Below the pieces are notes generated by a model that worked only from the letters and a program-made list of their open reading frames with translations, was not told where the DNA came from and searched no databases. The translations under genes and the position numbers were made by a program. 64,000 nucleotides of DNA, from assembly GCA_046538735.1 (NCBI GenBank), contig JBKHII010000003.1, positions 18,458 to 82,457 of the forward strand, given 5' to 3'. Every line of letters starts with the position of its first letter. Position 1 is the first letter of the stretch. Below are positions 36,823-47,713 of this stretch, piece by piece. The stretch is from Spirochaetales bacterium (GTDB taxonomy: Bacteria > Spirochaetota > Spirochaetia > DSM-27196 > SLST01).

Positions 36823-37866
36823 ATGAGGTCACCGCTTCGCCTGCTTCTCCTGCCGATCGCCTTTGCGGCGCTCGCCGGCTGCACCAATACCGAAGACTAC
36901 TATCTCGCGAACTCGACCGATCCCGAGGTCCGGGAGCTTTTCGAGATGATCGCAACCGAGGACGACCCGCAGGTCCGCGCGGTGGCGATCCAACGCCTTG
37001 CAGGCTTCCTGTTCATCGACGCGGGTCCCGGGCCGCTGATCGCGTACTTGACGACCTTCGTGGAGCGCCATCCGGACGACCAGTACTGCGGGCTCTATCT
37101 CTACATCGTCGCACAGAGCTACCTCGAGGTTGACGCGCCGACGCTTGCCAGGCACTACTTCGAGCGGCTCGTGACCGGCTACGCGGACGTGGTGGTCGGC
37201 GACATGTCGCTGCGCAAGCGCGCGCTCGAGCGCCTCGTTGACCTGAGCCCTGACGCCGACGCTCGGGTTGCCTACTATCGCACGTTGCTCGCCGAGTATC
37301 AGGATCAGGTGGACGAGGGACTGCTCTACTACCGGCTTGCCGAGAACCTTGCCCTTCTTGGCGAGTGGGACGAAGTCTACGACGCCCACCGCAGCTTCCT
37401 TCGTCATCCGGAGACCGAGGTTCCCGGAGAACCGAATGCCCACCGACTCATCGGGGACCGTGTGAAGTTCCACGACAGCTCGAAGGACTGGACCGTGCCC
37501 ACGGTCGAGGACCTTAGACGGATTATCACCTGGGCGCTCGCCAACAAGGACACCGCAACGCTCGCACGCTACCAGGCGAAGGTAAACTTCTTCACCCGCA
37601 GCTGGGAGCAGGACTTCGACGACCCCAATACCACACCGCTCTGGGACATCGGAGAGATCCTCCGCCTCACCCGGCGCAGGCTCAACATCGAGAGCGAAGT
37701 CGACATCGACGCCGACGGCGATGAGGCGTACCTGTGGACGTACGGATGGGGCGGACTGCGGATCCGGACGTGGTACCTCTATTTCCGCAAGGTCTACTAC
37801 CCGCCCGACCCGGAGATACACGGTACGTGGGAGTGGGCCGGAGTCTACCTCGGCGAACGCCTGTAG
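36823..37866 (+). CDS. Lipoprotein, helical/TPR-like, unknown function
   Basis: Start at ATG 36823. Lipobox 'LLLLPIAFAALAGC'. The rest is predicted helical. Confidence 0.55.
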   Translation: MRSPLRLLLLPIAFAALAGCTNTEDYYLANSTDPEVRELFEMIATEDDPQVRAVAIQRLAGFLFIDAGPGPLIAYLTTFVERHPDDQYCGLYLYIVAQSYLEVDAPTLARHYFERLVTGYADVVVGDMSLRKRALERLVDLSPDADARVAYYRTLLAEYQDQVDEGLLYYRLAENLALLGEWDEVYDAHRSFLRHPETEVPGEPNAHRLIGDRVKFHDSSKDWTVPTVEDLRRIITWALANKDTATLARYQAKVNFFTRSWEQDFDDPNTTPLWDIGEILRLTRRRLNIESEVDIDADGDEAYLWTYGWGGLRIRTWYLYFRKVYYPPDPEIHGTWEWAGVYLGERL

Positions 37867-37914
37867 GCCGTGCCCCGCCTAACCCCCGGACGTTCTCCGG
37901 CCGATACTGAAAGC

Positions 37915-38775
37915 GTGAGACACTGCCTTCTCGTGGCGTTCCTCGTACTCATCTCGTCCGTCACGGCCTGGGGGCAGAGCCCGACTCCCGATCGGACTAC
38001 GACCGACCTCGACTGGACCACCGGCACGCTTCGCGTAACGGTGGAGCGCAACGTCTCCGCTGTCGGCCCCACCGCGATATCCCAGACTCAGCGATCGATT
38101 CGCCGAGATGCAGCGGCGATTCTCGTTCGGATTCTCTCCGATCTCCCGTACGACTCGGAGCGCACGCTCGGTGGCCTCGTGGAAGAGGAAGAGGCGCTCA
38201 TCTCCGCGATCGAACGCGCGGCCGGTCGCGCCGAGGCCGTTCAGACGAGCGCAAGCTCCGACCTCGACTCGGCGCTCGTGACGTTCGAGATTGATCTCTA
38301 CCGCGACCTTGGAACCGAGCTGGTCGACCACGCCCGACCGGCACCGATCGAACAACGGCTCGGCTGGATTCCCAACGCTTCGTACACCGGCATCCTGATC
38401 TATGCCGCGGACAGATTGCCGCTATTCGGGACGCAGACGCGCACGGAACCCGAGCCGACCCTGTTCCCCGGGATCTACTACCTGTCGGGCCCGCAGAGAC
38501 TGATCTACCGGCTCGCCGAGATCGAGCACTTCGAGCCGGAGCGCCTGCCCCTGAGTGGGCCGGTCGCGTATACGGGCGATGTCCAGGCGACGGGACTCGC
38601 CGATCGCATCGGACCCAGACCGTTGCGGATCCTTGCGGTCGCGGCGTTCGGCACGTACCCCACGGATATCGTCATCTCGGAAGAAGACGCGAGGCGGATC
38701 ATGGCATCCGAGCACAATCGTTCGCTGCTTCGCGACGGACGCATCGCCGTGGTTCTCTCCCCCGAGCGCCTCTGA
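37915..38775 (+). CDS. Secreted hypothetical protein
   Basis: GTG 37915 gives the signal peptide 'VRHCLLVAFLVLISSVTAWGQ'. GTG 37870 is an alternative start. No recognisable motif. Confidence 0.45.
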   Translation: MRHCLLVAFLVLISSVTAWGQSPTPDRTTTDLDWTTGTLRVTVERNVSAVGPTAISQTQRSIRRDAAAILVRILSDLPYDSERTLGGLVEEEEALISAIERAAGRAEAVQTSASSDLDSALVTFEIDLYRDLGTELVDHARPAPIEQRLGWIPNASYTGILIYAADRLPLFGTQTRTEPEPTLFPGIYYLSGPQRLIYRLAEIEHFEPERLPLSGPVAYTGDVQATGLADRIGPRPLRILAVAAFGTYPTDIVISEEDARRIMASEHNRSLLRDGRIAVVLSPERL

Positions 38776-38825
38776 GGTTGACTTTGGTATACCGTTGTGG
38801 TGTATTCAACCGCACGGAGCTGTCC

Positions 38826-40154
38826 ATGACAGGGTACAAGAACGCCTCACGCAAAGACGCACTGCTCGGATGCGGCCTCATCGTGTTGGCCGCCGTCCTG
38901 CTTACGGGATGCGGCGACAACGGAATCGGCGCCGGCGTCGTACTCTGGTCGCCCGACGAGTCGGTTGTCCGCTCAGGAAGCGTAGTGACCGTCCTTGCCG
39001 AATCGAGTATCTCGGACACGTACCGGATCGCGGCTGAGGAGATCGAGGAGCCGTTCGAGCTGGAACGGTGGCGAGTCGAGTTCTTCGATGCGGAGCCGGA
39101 AGCCGAGGCTCGTGCGGCAGACTACGCGGCGGCCTTCGACGGCAATACCACGCTCTACGCACGAGCAACCCGCAACGCGCTCCCGATCCGCGAGGACGCG
39201 AACGCGGTCGGCGACAATACCGTCTATCGACTGCGCGAGGGCGAAGAGATCAAGCTCATCGATCGGCAGCCTGAAGAGACCGAGCTCGGCGGCCTCGTCT
39301 CGTACTGGTACGAGACGCTCACCGAAACCGGTCAGCGTGGTTGGGTGTTCGGCTACACACTCGAAGTCTTCGATCCCACGGACGACACCGTCGCCGTGGA
39401 GCGCGGCACGAGCAGCGATCCACTCGTCGATCTGCTCCTCCAGAATGTCTGGCGTCCTATCTACTACGCAGACATGATCTCCAACGCAGCGATCGATCTC
39501 GAGCTCTTCCGCCCTGAATACGGGCTCTTCCCCGACCCTGAGAACCGGCAGCTCGAGCTCGTGCTGCGCCGGCACGCGACGATCTTCGAGTACGAGCAGA
39601 TAGTACGGGTCGGTTCACGAAGATACCTCGCCGAGGGCACCTCGCTGCAGCTCACCTTCCACCGCAACGACGAGCTCAGCCTCCAATACCTCCTCGACGG
39701 CCGGCAGCAGACGCTCGCGATGCAGCGAGTGCCCGGAGAGATCGAGGAGTATGTTCACGCGGAGCTCGAGCGCCGAGGGGCGCTGTACGAGGAGGTGTTC
39801 AGCCGAGGGCCTCGCTTCCGCAGCGACAACTACGGCGAGCTCGAGTTCCTCGTGGACCAGCGGTTCGATTGGACCGGATACGAACGCCTCGTTCCGATCG
39901 CGATTCCGCAAGGAGCGCGAACAACAGGAAGCGTGGACCTTGGGCTCTTCTTGTCCGCATCGCTCATGCAGGAGTACGACGGCGCCCTTTCCTTCCAGTT
40001 CGACGGCGCGCGGGATCCGGTCAGCTTCGCCTACACGTTTCGCCGGGACGGCATCCGCCTCGTCTGGATCCCGCAGGCGAACATCGAGGATCGGCTCGTA
40101 CGACGCGTTGATTCGTCTCCGCTCACGGTCTTCATGTCGTCCACCGGAGAGTAG
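38826..40154 (+). CDS. Lipoprotein with SH3-like segment, unknown function
   Basis: Start at ATG 38826. Lipobox 'LAAVLLTGC'. 'VYRLREGEEIKLIDR...GWVFGYTLEVF' resembles bacterial SH3 domains. Confidence 0.5.
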   Translation: MTGYKNASRKDALLGCGLIVLAAVLLTGCGDNGIGAGVVLWSPDESVVRSGSVVTVLAESSISDTYRIAAEEIEEPFELERWRVEFFDAEPEAEARAADYAAAFDGNTTLYARATRNALPIREDANAVGDNTVYRLREGEEIKLIDRQPEETELGGLVSYWYETLTETGQRGWVFGYTLEVFDPTDDTVAVERGTSSDPLVDLLLQNVWRPIYYADMISNAAIDLELFRPEYGLFPDPENRQLELVLRRHATIFEYEQIVRVGSRRYLAEGTSLQLTFHRNDELSLQYLLDGRQQTLAMQRVPGEIEEYVHAELERRGALYEEVFSRGPRFRSDNYGELEFLVDQRFDWTGYERLVPIAIPQGARTTGSVDLGLFLSASLMQEYDGALSFQFDGARDPVSFAYTFRRDGIRLVWIPQANIEDRLVRRVDSSPLTVFMSSTGE

Positions 40155-42221
40155 ATGGCGCACGTTCAAGCATCCGATATCTCGCTCGCGTTCGGCGATC
40201 GAGATATCCTCTCCCATGTCTCGTTGACGCTCTCCTCCGGAGACCGGTGCGCGCTCGCGGGCGCGAACGGCAGCGGCAAGTCCACGCTCATGAAGATACT
40301 CGCGGGCATCGGCGCTCCGGATTCCGGCTCGGTCGTCACATCCGCGGCAGCACGCGTGATCTACCTCCCGCAGTCGGGCATCACACACGCCGGCCGATCG
40401 CTCATCGAGGAGATCGAGCTCGCCTACGGCGATGTCGTGGCGATCGTTGAGGAACGTGACCGGCTCGGCCGGGAGATGCAGGGGCGCGGTGCGGACGACC
40501 CTGCGCTGCCTCGACTGATCGAGGATCATCACGAGCTCTACGAGCGCATAGAGCGAAGCGGGTACTTCGAGCGGGAAGCCGAGGTCGACCGGGTGCTCAC
40601 CGGTCTCGGCTTCAGAAGGTCGGACTTCGAGCGGAAAACCGACGAGTTCTCCGGGGGCTGGCAGATGCGGATCGCGCTCGCGAAGGTCCTCCTGCAGCGC
40701 CCGGACTTCCTCCTCCTCGACGAGCCCACCAACTACCTGGACGTTGAGGCTCGCGTCTGGCTCGGGGGCTTTCTCGCCTCCTACCAGGGCGGCGTACTGA
40801 TGGTGAGTCACGACCGCCGTTTTCTCGATCAGTCGGTGAACACCGTCTGGGAGCTCTTCCTGGCACAGGTGAAGCGGTACCGCGGTACCTACACCGAGTA
40901 CGAGCGCAGGCGCGAAGAGGAGATCGCCCGGATCAAGGCCGAGTGGGAACAGCAGCAGGATGAGATTCGGCACATCGAGGACTTCATCAGACGTTTTCGC
41001 GCAACCGCTTCCAAGGCTCGTCAGGTGCAGAGCCGGGTCAAGCAGCTCGAGAAGATGGAACGGATCGAGATCCCCGAGCATCTGAAACGCCTCCACATCA
41101 CCTTTCCTCCGGCGCCTCGCTCGGGACGCGAAGTCGTCACGTTGCATCGGGTCTCGCGCGCGTACGGCGCCAACCAGGTGTTGAGCAACCTCGAGCTGAT
41201 CGTGGAGCGGGGTGAGCGCGTGGTGCTCGTGGGGCCGAACGGCGCCGGCAAGTCCACGCTCATGCGGATCGTGGCGGGCCGCGACCCCGACCACGGCGGC
41301 ACCGTACGCTACGGCTCCGGTGTGAGCGGGGGATTCTACGCGGACGACGACAGCCGGCTCTCCAGGCTCTCGCGCGCTCGCGACGCGGCCGAACAGACGT
41401 CGGCCGGCCCTTCGGTCCTGGACGCGACGCTCGCGGCGGCGCACGGACAGACCGAACAGCAGATCCGTGACATGCTCGGATCATTCCTGTTCCGCGGCGA
41501 CGACGTGTACAAGTCGGTGCACGTGCTCTCCGGCGGGGAGCGCAGCCGCCTCTCGATGCTCCAGCTGCTGCTCCAGCCGAACAACCTCCTGGTGCTCGAC
41601 GAACCCACGAACCATCTGGACATGGCGAGCAAGGACGTCCTCCTGGACGCGCTGCGCCAGTTCGGGGGGACGATCGTGTTCGTGAGCCACGACCGCGACT
41701 TCATCGAGCAACTCGCAACGCGCGTGGTGGAGTTGCGCCCGGACCCGGCGGACGCGAGCGCACCTTCGCAGGTCTCGGATTTCGCCGGCGACTACCACTA
41801 CTACGCATGGCGCCTCGAACACGCGGGGGAGACCGTGGAGACCGGACCAACCAGAACGCCGCAGGGCGCCGGGGACTCCCGTTCCGAGAGCTGCTCGGCG
41901 GACAGCGGCGCAGCCGCCCCCGAGGGTGCCGGGGCCGCGACCCAACCTCGTTCGCACGAGGAACAGAAAGCGCTCCGGAGCCGCCGGCAGAAGCTGGAGC
42001 GTACGGTTGAGGGACTGCTCCACGAGATCGAGGATGCGGAGCGGCGTCATGAGGCGCTGCAGCAGGGAATCTCGAAACCGGAGGTGTACGAGGACGGCAA
42101 CGAGGTCAAACGCCTGACAGCGGAGCTCAACGAGGTTGAGCGGCGCATTGCGTCGTTGACCGAATCGTGGGAGTCCGCTGCCGCCGAGCTCGACGCGCTC
42201 GGCACCGCCGCACCGCGATAA
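40155..42221 (+). CDS. ABC-F family ATPase (two ABC cassettes, no TM domain, C-terminal coiled coil)
   Basis: Walker A 'GANGSGKST' and 'GPNGAGKST'. Signatures 'FSGGWQMRIALA' and 'LSGGERSRLSML'. Walker B 'LLLDEPTN' and 'LVLDEPTN'. Confidence 0.9.
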   Translation: MAHVQASDISLAFGDRDILSHVSLTLSSGDRCALAGANGSGKSTLMKILAGIGAPDSGSVVTSAAARVIYLPQSGITHAGRSLIEEIELAYGDVVAIVEERDRLGREMQGRGADDPALPRLIEDHHELYERIERSGYFEREAEVDRVLTGLGFRRSDFERKTDEFSGGWQMRIALAKVLLQRPDFLLLDEPTNYLDVEARVWLGGFLASYQGGVLMVSHDRRFLDQSVNTVWELFLAQVKRYRGTYTEYERRREEEIARIKAEWEQQQDEIRHIEDFIRRFRATASKARQVQSRVKQLEKMERIEIPEHLKRLHITFPPAPRSGREVVTLHRVSRAYGANQVLSNLELIVERGERVVLVGPNGAGKSTLMRIVAGRDPDHGGTVRYGSGVSGGFYADDDSRLSRLSRARDAAEQTSAGPSVLDATLAAAHGQTEQQIRDMLGSFLFRGDDVYKSVHVLSGGERSRLSMLQLLLQPNNLLVLDEPTNHLDMASKDVLLDALRQFGGTIVFVSHDRDFIEQLATRVVELRPDPADASAPSQVSDFAGDYHYYAWRLEHAGETVETGPTRTPQGAGDSRSESCSADSGAAAPEGAGAATQPRSHEEQKALRSRRQKLERTVEGLLHEIEDAERRHEALQQGISKPEVYEDGNEVKRLTAELNEVERRIASLTESWESAAAELDALGTAAPR

Positions 42222-42273
42222 CGGCGTCGAACGGCCTACCCTGCCCTCGCCGATTGCAGTATCCTTGGGAGCC

Positions 42274-43044
42274 ATGAAACGCATTCTCTCCTGGAACGTG
42301 AACGGCATCCGTGCGGTGATGAAGAAGCGTTTTCTCGAGTGGTTCAGAACCGAGTCGCCGGACATCCTCTGCCTGCAGGAAACGAAGGCGAGCCCGGAAC
42401 AGCTGACGCAAGACCTCCTCGAACCCGAGGGCTACCACGCGTACTGGGCGTCCGCGCAGAAGAGAGGATACAGCGGCGTGGCGGTCTACACCCGAGAGAA
42501 GCCGCTCGATGTCGCGACGATGGGACTCGAACGGTTCGACGCGGAGGGCCGGGTGCTCCAGCTCGAGTATCCCGATTTCGTCCTCATCACCGCGTACTTC
42601 CCGAACAGCCAGGACGGCGGGAGACGGCTCGACTATAAGCTCGACTTCTGCGACTCCATTCTCGGCATCTGTAACGAGCTGGGCAGACAGGACAAGCGCG
42701 TCGTGCTCTGCGGCGACTACAACGTCGCTCACAAGCCGATCGACCTCGCACGGCCGAAAGAGAACGAGAAGAGCCCGGGTTACCTGCCCGAAGAGCGAGC
42801 GTGGATGGACCGGTTCGTGGGAAGCGGCTACGTGGATACGTTTCGGATGTTCAACGCGGAGGGCGACAACTACACGTGGTGGAGCTACCTCACGAAAGGC
42901 CGCGAACGAAACGTCGGCTGGCGGATCGACTACCACTGCGTGAACCGAACGGCGATGCCGCTCGTGAAGGAAGCGAAGATACTATCGGACGTCATGGGAT
43001 CGGACCACTGCCCGGTCGAGGTAACGATGGAGGCGGAAGCGTAA
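42274..43044 (+). CDS. xth: Exodeoxyribonuclease III (AP endonuclease)
   Basis: 'ILSWNVNGIRA', 'DILCLQETK', 'GDYNVAHKPIDL', 'WRIDY', 'SDHCPV'. Confidence 0.9.
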   Translation: MKRILSWNVNGIRAVMKKRFLEWFRTESPDILCLQETKASPEQLTQDLLEPEGYHAYWASAQKRGYSGVAVYTREKPLDVATMGLERFDAEGRVLQLEYPDFVLITAYFPNSQDGGRRLDYKLDFCDSILGICNELGRQDKRVVLCGDYNVAHKPIDLARPKENEKSPGYLPEERAWMDRFVGSGYVDTFRMFNAEGDNYTWWSYLTKGRERNVGWRIDYHCVNRTAMPLVKEAKILSDVMGSDHCPVEVTMEAEA

Positions 43045-43602
43045 ATGCGGATCACGTACAACGCGCCCGTGACGCTCACCTTCGCGATCCTGAGCAGCGT
43101 TATCCTCCTCGCGGACCAGCTCTCCGGCATCGGACTGACCGAGCGGTACTTCGCAGTGGGCGGGGAGATGAACCCCGCGAACCTCCTTGACTACGTACGG
43201 CTCGTGACCCACGTCGTGGGGCACGCAAACTGGGGCCACCTCGTGAGCAACTTCGCGTTCATCTTGCTGCTCGGGCCGATCCTCGAGGAGAAGTACGGCT
43301 CCACGACGCTGCTCCTGATGATGCTCGTCACCGCGCTCGTCACGGGTCTCCTGAACGTGCTGCTCTTCTCCACGGGGCTGCTCGGAGCGAGCGGCATCGT
43401 CTTCATGATGATTCTGCTCGGTTCCTTCACGAACTTTCGCAAGGGCGAGATACCGCTGACCTTCATCCTCGTGGTCCTGCTCTACCTCGCGAGGGAACTG
43501 GTGACGGCGTTTCAGGCGGACACGATTTCCCAGTTCGCGCACATCGCGGGAGGCTTCTGCGGGAGCATGTTCGGCTTCCTGAAGCCTCGGGAGAGCGCGT
43601 AA
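43045..43602 (+). CDS. Rhomboid-family intramembrane serine protease
   Basis: Six TM helices. 'HANWGHLVSN', catalytic 'GASGIVF' and 'AHIAGG'. Confidence 0.8.
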   Translation: MRITYNAPVTLTFAILSSVILLADQLSGIGLTERYFAVGGEMNPANLLDYVRLVTHVVGHANWGHLVSNFAFILLLGPILEEKYGSTTLLLMMLVTALVTGLLNVLLFSTGLLGASGIVFMMILLGSFTNFRKGEIPLTFILVVLLYLARELVTAFQADTISQFAHIAGGFCGSMFGFLKPRESA

Positions 43603-43629
43603 GCCGCACGCCGCGAAAAAGGACGGACA

Positions 43630-44697
43630 ATGATCGACAAGCTGGAACAACTGAGAGAGCGCTTCGGCGAGCTCAACAAGCTCATCATGGATCCCGATCT
43701 CCCGAAGGACCAGAAGCGCTACCGAGATGTCATGCAGGAACACTCATCGCTCGCCGAGACGATGGAGGTTTACGACGAGTACCGCCGTACGGCGGACGAT
43801 ATCTCGGAGACGAAGCAGCTGCTCGAAGAAGATGCCGACGCGTCCATGAGAGATATGGCCCGCGACGAGCTTCACTCGCTCGAGGAGAAACGGGGCGCGC
43901 TCGAGAAACAGCTCCGGCACCTCCTCGTCCCGAAGGACCCGCTGGACGAGAAGAACGCGATCATGGAGATCCGCGCCGGAACGGGTGGAGAGGAAGCGGC
44001 TCTGTTCGCGGCCGACCTCTACCGCATGTATCAGCGGTTGAGCGAGACGCGCGGATGGAAGATCGAGGTTATGAACAGCAACCCGACCGAGATAGGCGGC
44101 TTCAAGGAGATCGTCTACTCGGTGAGCGGAAAGCACGTCTACGGCGAGCTCAAGTACGAAAGCGGCGTTCACCGCGTGCAACGCGTCCCGGAGACCGAAT
44201 CGGGCGGTCGCATCCACACGTCCGCGGTCACCGTTGCCGTTCTGCCGGAAGCCGAGGAGTCGGACGTCCAGGTCAATCAGGAGGACCTGCGTATCGACGT
44301 CTACCGTTCCTCCGGCCCCGGCGGCCAGAGCGTCAACACGACCGACTCGGCGGTGCGGATTACGCACATCCCGACCGGGCTCGTCGTGACGTGCCAGGAT
44401 GAAAAGTCGCAACACAAGAACAAGGCAAAGGCCCTCCGGGTGCTCAAGGCGCGCCTCTACGAGATGGAGGAGCGACGAAGACAGCAGGAGGAAGCCGCGG
44501 CGCGCAAGAGCCAGATTGGGACCGGCGACCGCAGCGAGCGCATTCGGACGTACAACTTCCCGCAGAACCGGTTCACCGACCACCGCATCAACCTGACGCT
44601 CTACAAGCTCGACTCGATCCTCCAGGGTGAGCTCGACGAGGCCATCGAGACGCTGAAGATCACCGACCGGGAGGCGTACCTCCGGGAACATGTCTAG
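43630..44697 (+). CDS. prfA: Peptide chain release factor 1
   Basis: 'PET' tripeptide context, '[25 protein letters not shown]'. Confidence 0.95.
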   Translation: MIDKLEQLRERFGELNKLIMDPDLPKDQKRYRDVMQEHSSLAETMEVYDEYRRTADDISETKQLLEEDADASMRDMARDELHSLEEKRGALEKQLRHLLVPKDPLDEKNAIMEIRAGTGGEEAALFAADLYRMYQRLSETRGWKIEVMNSNPTEIGGFKEIVYSVSGKHVYGELKYESGVHRVQRVPETESGGRIHTSAVTVAVLPEAEESDVQVNQEDLRIDVYRSSGPGGQSVNTTDSAVRITHIPTGLVVTCQDEKSQHKNKAKALRVLKARLYEMEERRRQQEEAAARKSQIGTGDRSERIRTYNFPQNRFTDHRINLTLYKLDSILQGELDEAIETLKITDREAYLREHV

Positions 44698-45637
44698 CAC
44701 CCCCCGCTTCGCGCTTCCAGCCCGCTCGCGGCGCATCCGCGACCTCCTGACGTGGGCGACCGGACGCCTGAAAGCCTGCCTGGCAGGCGCACCCGCCGGC
44801 TCGGCGGAGACGCCCTATCTTGACGCGTTGCTCCTCCTCGGCCTCGCTACCGGACAGCCTACCGAGCGACTCATGGCGTCGCTTCCCGACGAAGCAGGCG
44901 AAGCGGAGGTTGAGCGGTTCACCGAGTACGTGAACCGACGGTGCGAAGGCATCCCGGTGAGCTACATTCGAGGGAAGAAGGAGTTCTTCGGACGCGAATT
45001 CGTCGTCTCGCCGGCGGTCCTCGTGCCCCGGCCGGATACGGAGACGCTCGTTGAGATCACGCTCGGAACGGTGGACAAGCCGGCGACCGAGGGCGTGGAG
45101 ACGCTGCACGTCCACGACGTGTGCACCGGAAGCGGTTGCATCCCGATCACGCTCGCAGCCGAGCGACCGCGGCTCATCGTGAGCGGGTCGGATATCGACG
45201 AGAGTGCGCTCGATGTGGCCCGGACGAACCGCGAACGAATCGTCGGTCCGGACCGGGTTCACTTCTGGCGCAGCGATCTCGCAGGGTCGTTGCAGGTCGA
45301 GTGCGACCGTCGGTCTCTCCCGTTGCCGACGATTCTTACGGCAAACCCGCCCTATCTGACCGATACTGAGTACGAGGGGATGCGGGATGCCGGGTGGCCG
45401 GAGCCACCGCATGCTCTCAAGGGCGGTCCCGACGGGTTGGACGTGGTACGACGCCTTGCACGGGAAGCAGTGACGGTACTCCCCTTCGGCGGGTATCTTG
45501 TTCTAGAAGTTGGTCCTGACCAGGGCGCATCGGGAATCGAGATCCTCACGAAATGGGGTTTTTCTCGCGCATCGGTTCACCACGACCTCGCCGGTCGGGA
45601 CCGGGTCATCGTGGGCGTGAAGGAGGACGCCCGGTAG
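44690..45637 (+). CDS. prmC: Release factor glutamine N5-methyltransferase
   Basis: '[27 protein letters not shown]', 'DVCTGSGCI', 'LTANPPYL'. 8-nt overlap with prfA. Confidence 0.9.
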   Translation: MSSTPRFALPARSRRIRDLLTWATGRLKACLAGAPAGSAETPYLDALLLLGLATGQPTERLMASLPDEAGEAEVERFTEYVNRRCEGIPVSYIRGKKEFFGREFVVSPAVLVPRPDTETLVEITLGTVDKPATEGVETLHVHDVCTGSGCIPITLAAERPRLIVSGSDIDESALDVARTNRERIVGPDRVHFWRSDLAGSLQVECDRRSLPLPTILTANPPYLTDTEYEGMRDAGWPEPPHALKGGPDGLDVVRRLAREAVTVLPFGGYLVLEVGPDQGASGIEILTKWGFSRASVHHDLAGRDRVIVGVKEDAR

Positions 45638-45650
45638 TCGAAGCCGAGAT

Positions 45651-47699
45651 ATGGTCAACACGATCGACGAGTTCAGACAAATCCTCGATCCCTACTCGCC
45701 GGAATCGCGTGAGCAGATCCTGCGTGCGGCCGAGATGAGCCGACGGTTGCACGAGGGCCAGCTGCGTGAGAGTGGCGAGCCGTACATCGTGCATCCGCTG
45801 CAGGTGGCGGAGATCCTCATCGGCTTCCGTCTGGACGCGTCGGCGATCGTGAGCGCGCTTCTCCACGACGTCCTCGAAGACACGAAGATGACCCGCGCCG
45901 ATCTCAGGCGCGAGTTCGGCAAAGAGGTCGAGCAGCTCGTCAACGGCGTCACGAAGATCGCGACCGTCAAGGCGAAGAACAAGAGCGTCCAGACGACTGA
46001 AACGATCCGCAAGATGCTCTTCGCGATGGTGAAGGACATCCGCGTCATCCTCATCAAGCTCGCGGACAAGCTCCACAACATGCGAACGCTCGAGTACAAG
46101 AAAGAACACCGCAGACGCGCGATCGCACAGGAGACGCTCGACATCTACGCTCCGCTTGCCGGCCGCCTCGGTATCGCCTGGCTCAAGGACGAGCTCGAGG
46201 ACCTCGCGCTCAAGCACGTGAACAAGGCCGCGTACGACCAGATCAAGGCGTTCGTTGCGCAGAAGCGGACCGAGCGCGCCGACTACCTGACGCGAGTGGA
46301 GGAATCGATCAAGCAGGCGGCGGAGGAAGCCGGGATCGGGATCGAGGTGGAGACCCGGGCGAAGCACTTCTACTCGATCTACGAGAAGATGCGCCGCCGG
46401 GGAAAGGATCTGGACGAGATCTTCGACCTGCTCGGAACCCGGATCGTCTGCGACACCCCCAACCACTGCTACACGCTCCTGGGTATCGTCCATCGCATCT
46501 GGCCGCCGATCGAGGGCCGCTTCAAGGACTACATCGCCATGCCCAAGGCGAACAAGTACCAGAGCCTACACACCACGGTGATGGGCTACGACGGCAAGCT
46601 CCTCGAGATCCAGATCCGCACGCGGGAGATGCACCAGACCGCCGAGTACGGAATAGCCGCGCACTGGGTCTACAAGCAAGGGCTTACGCGAGAAGAGGCA
46701 CGCAAGACCGATCTCGCGATTCTCAACCGTGTCCGCGATCTCGGAGCGATTCGCCTCACGTCCAACGAGTTCCTCGACGAGATCAAACGTGAGATCCTGA
46801 AGGACTCGATCTACGTCTTCACGCCGAAAGGAGACGCGATCCAGCTTCCCCGCGGCGCCACGGCGATCGACTTCGCGTACCACATCCACACGGAAGTGGG
46901 ACACCACACGATGGCTGCGAAGGCCGACGGGTCGATCATCCCGCTTCGCGCCGAGCTGAAGAACACGCAGGTGATCGAGATCATCATCTCGCAGCACGCG
47001 CATCCCCATCTCAACTGGTTGCGCTATGCCAGGACGACGCGAACGCGTCAGAAGATACGCCAGTGGCTCAACAAGCACGACGAGAGCCTCATCCTGGGCA
47101 AGAGCATCGTGGCGCGCAAGAAGACCGCCGAATCGGAACGGCGATCGGCCGCCGCGGAGCCGCAGGTCGAGCAGCCCCAGACCGCGAAGCACGAGCCCAC
47201 CCACGTCATCGACTCGCCGAAGGTGGGCGTCCGAGTCGGAGACGAGCGCAACATGATGATTCGGTTCGCGCAGTGTTGCCATCCCACGACCGGCGACGAG
47301 ATCGTGGGGTACGTATCGCGAGGGCGGGGAATCATCGTGCACAAGCAAGGCTGCAAGAACCTGGCGAACATACCCGACTTCGATGCGCGGGCGATCGAGG
47401 TCGAGTGGGAGACCGTCTCGCCGCGCGAGACTCGCCGTTTCCGCGTCGTCGCTCGCCAGACCTTCGATCTCTTCAGCGAGATCGAGAGCGCAATCCGGAA
47501 GTTCCACGGCAACCTGATCGAGGGTCGTGTGGAGGAGACGGACGACGGACGCCTCGACGCCCAGTTCACCGTTGAGCTGGACCGACGCGACGACTTCAAG
47601 AAGGTCATGAAGAGCGTCCGGTCGATTCCGCAGGTACTCAACATCACCGCGGTTCAAGGGATGGGCTATCACCACCGCGTGGACTCGATCGCACGGTAA
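45651..47699 (+). CDS. rel: Bifunctional (p)ppGpp synthetase/hydrolase, RelA/SpoT homologue
   Basis: HD hydrolase 'GEPYIVHPLQVA..LLHDVLEDT'. Synthetase 'RAKHFYSIYEKM', 'DLLGTRIV', 'YQSLHTTV'. TGS 'VFTPKGD..LP.GATAIDFAY'. C-terminal ACT-like region. Confidence 0.95.
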   Translation: MVNTIDEFRQILDPYSPESREQILRAAEMSRRLHEGQLRESGEPYIVHPLQVAEILIGFRLDASAIVSALLHDVLEDTKMTRADLRREFGKEVEQLVNGVTKIATVKAKNKSVQTTETIRKMLFAMVKDIRVILIKLADKLHNMRTLEYKKEHRRRAIAQETLDIYAPLAGRLGIAWLKDELEDLALKHVNKAAYDQIKAFVAQKRTERADYLTRVEESIKQAAEEAGIGIEVETRAKHFYSIYEKMRRRGKDLDEIFDLLGTRIVCDTPNHCYTLLGIVHRIWPPIEGRFKDYIAMPKANKYQSLHTTVMGYDGKLLEIQIRTREMHQTAEYGIAAHWVYKQGLTREEARKTDLAILNRVRDLGAIRLTSNEFLDEIKREILKDSIYVFTPKGDAIQLPRGATAIDFAYHIHTEVGHHTMAAKADGSIIPLRAELKNTQVIEIIISQHAHPHLNWLRYARTTRTRQKIRQWLNKHDESLILGKSIVARKKTAESERRSAAAEPQVEQPQTAKHEPTHVIDSPKVGVRVGDERNMMIRFAQCCHPTTGDEIVGYVSRGRGIIVHKQGCKNLANIPDFDARAIEVEWETVSPRETRRFRVVARQTFDLFSEIESAIRKFHGNLIEGRVEETDDGRLDAQFTVELDRRDDFKKVMKSVRSIPQVLNITAVQGMGYHHRVDSIAR

Positions 47700-47713
47700 C
47701 GAAGAGGGGCGTC

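Noticed and set aside
39615-41444. 609-aa minus-strand ORF
   Set aside because: It is antisense to the lipoprotein and ABC-F genes. It has no motifs and is a GC-driven open frame.
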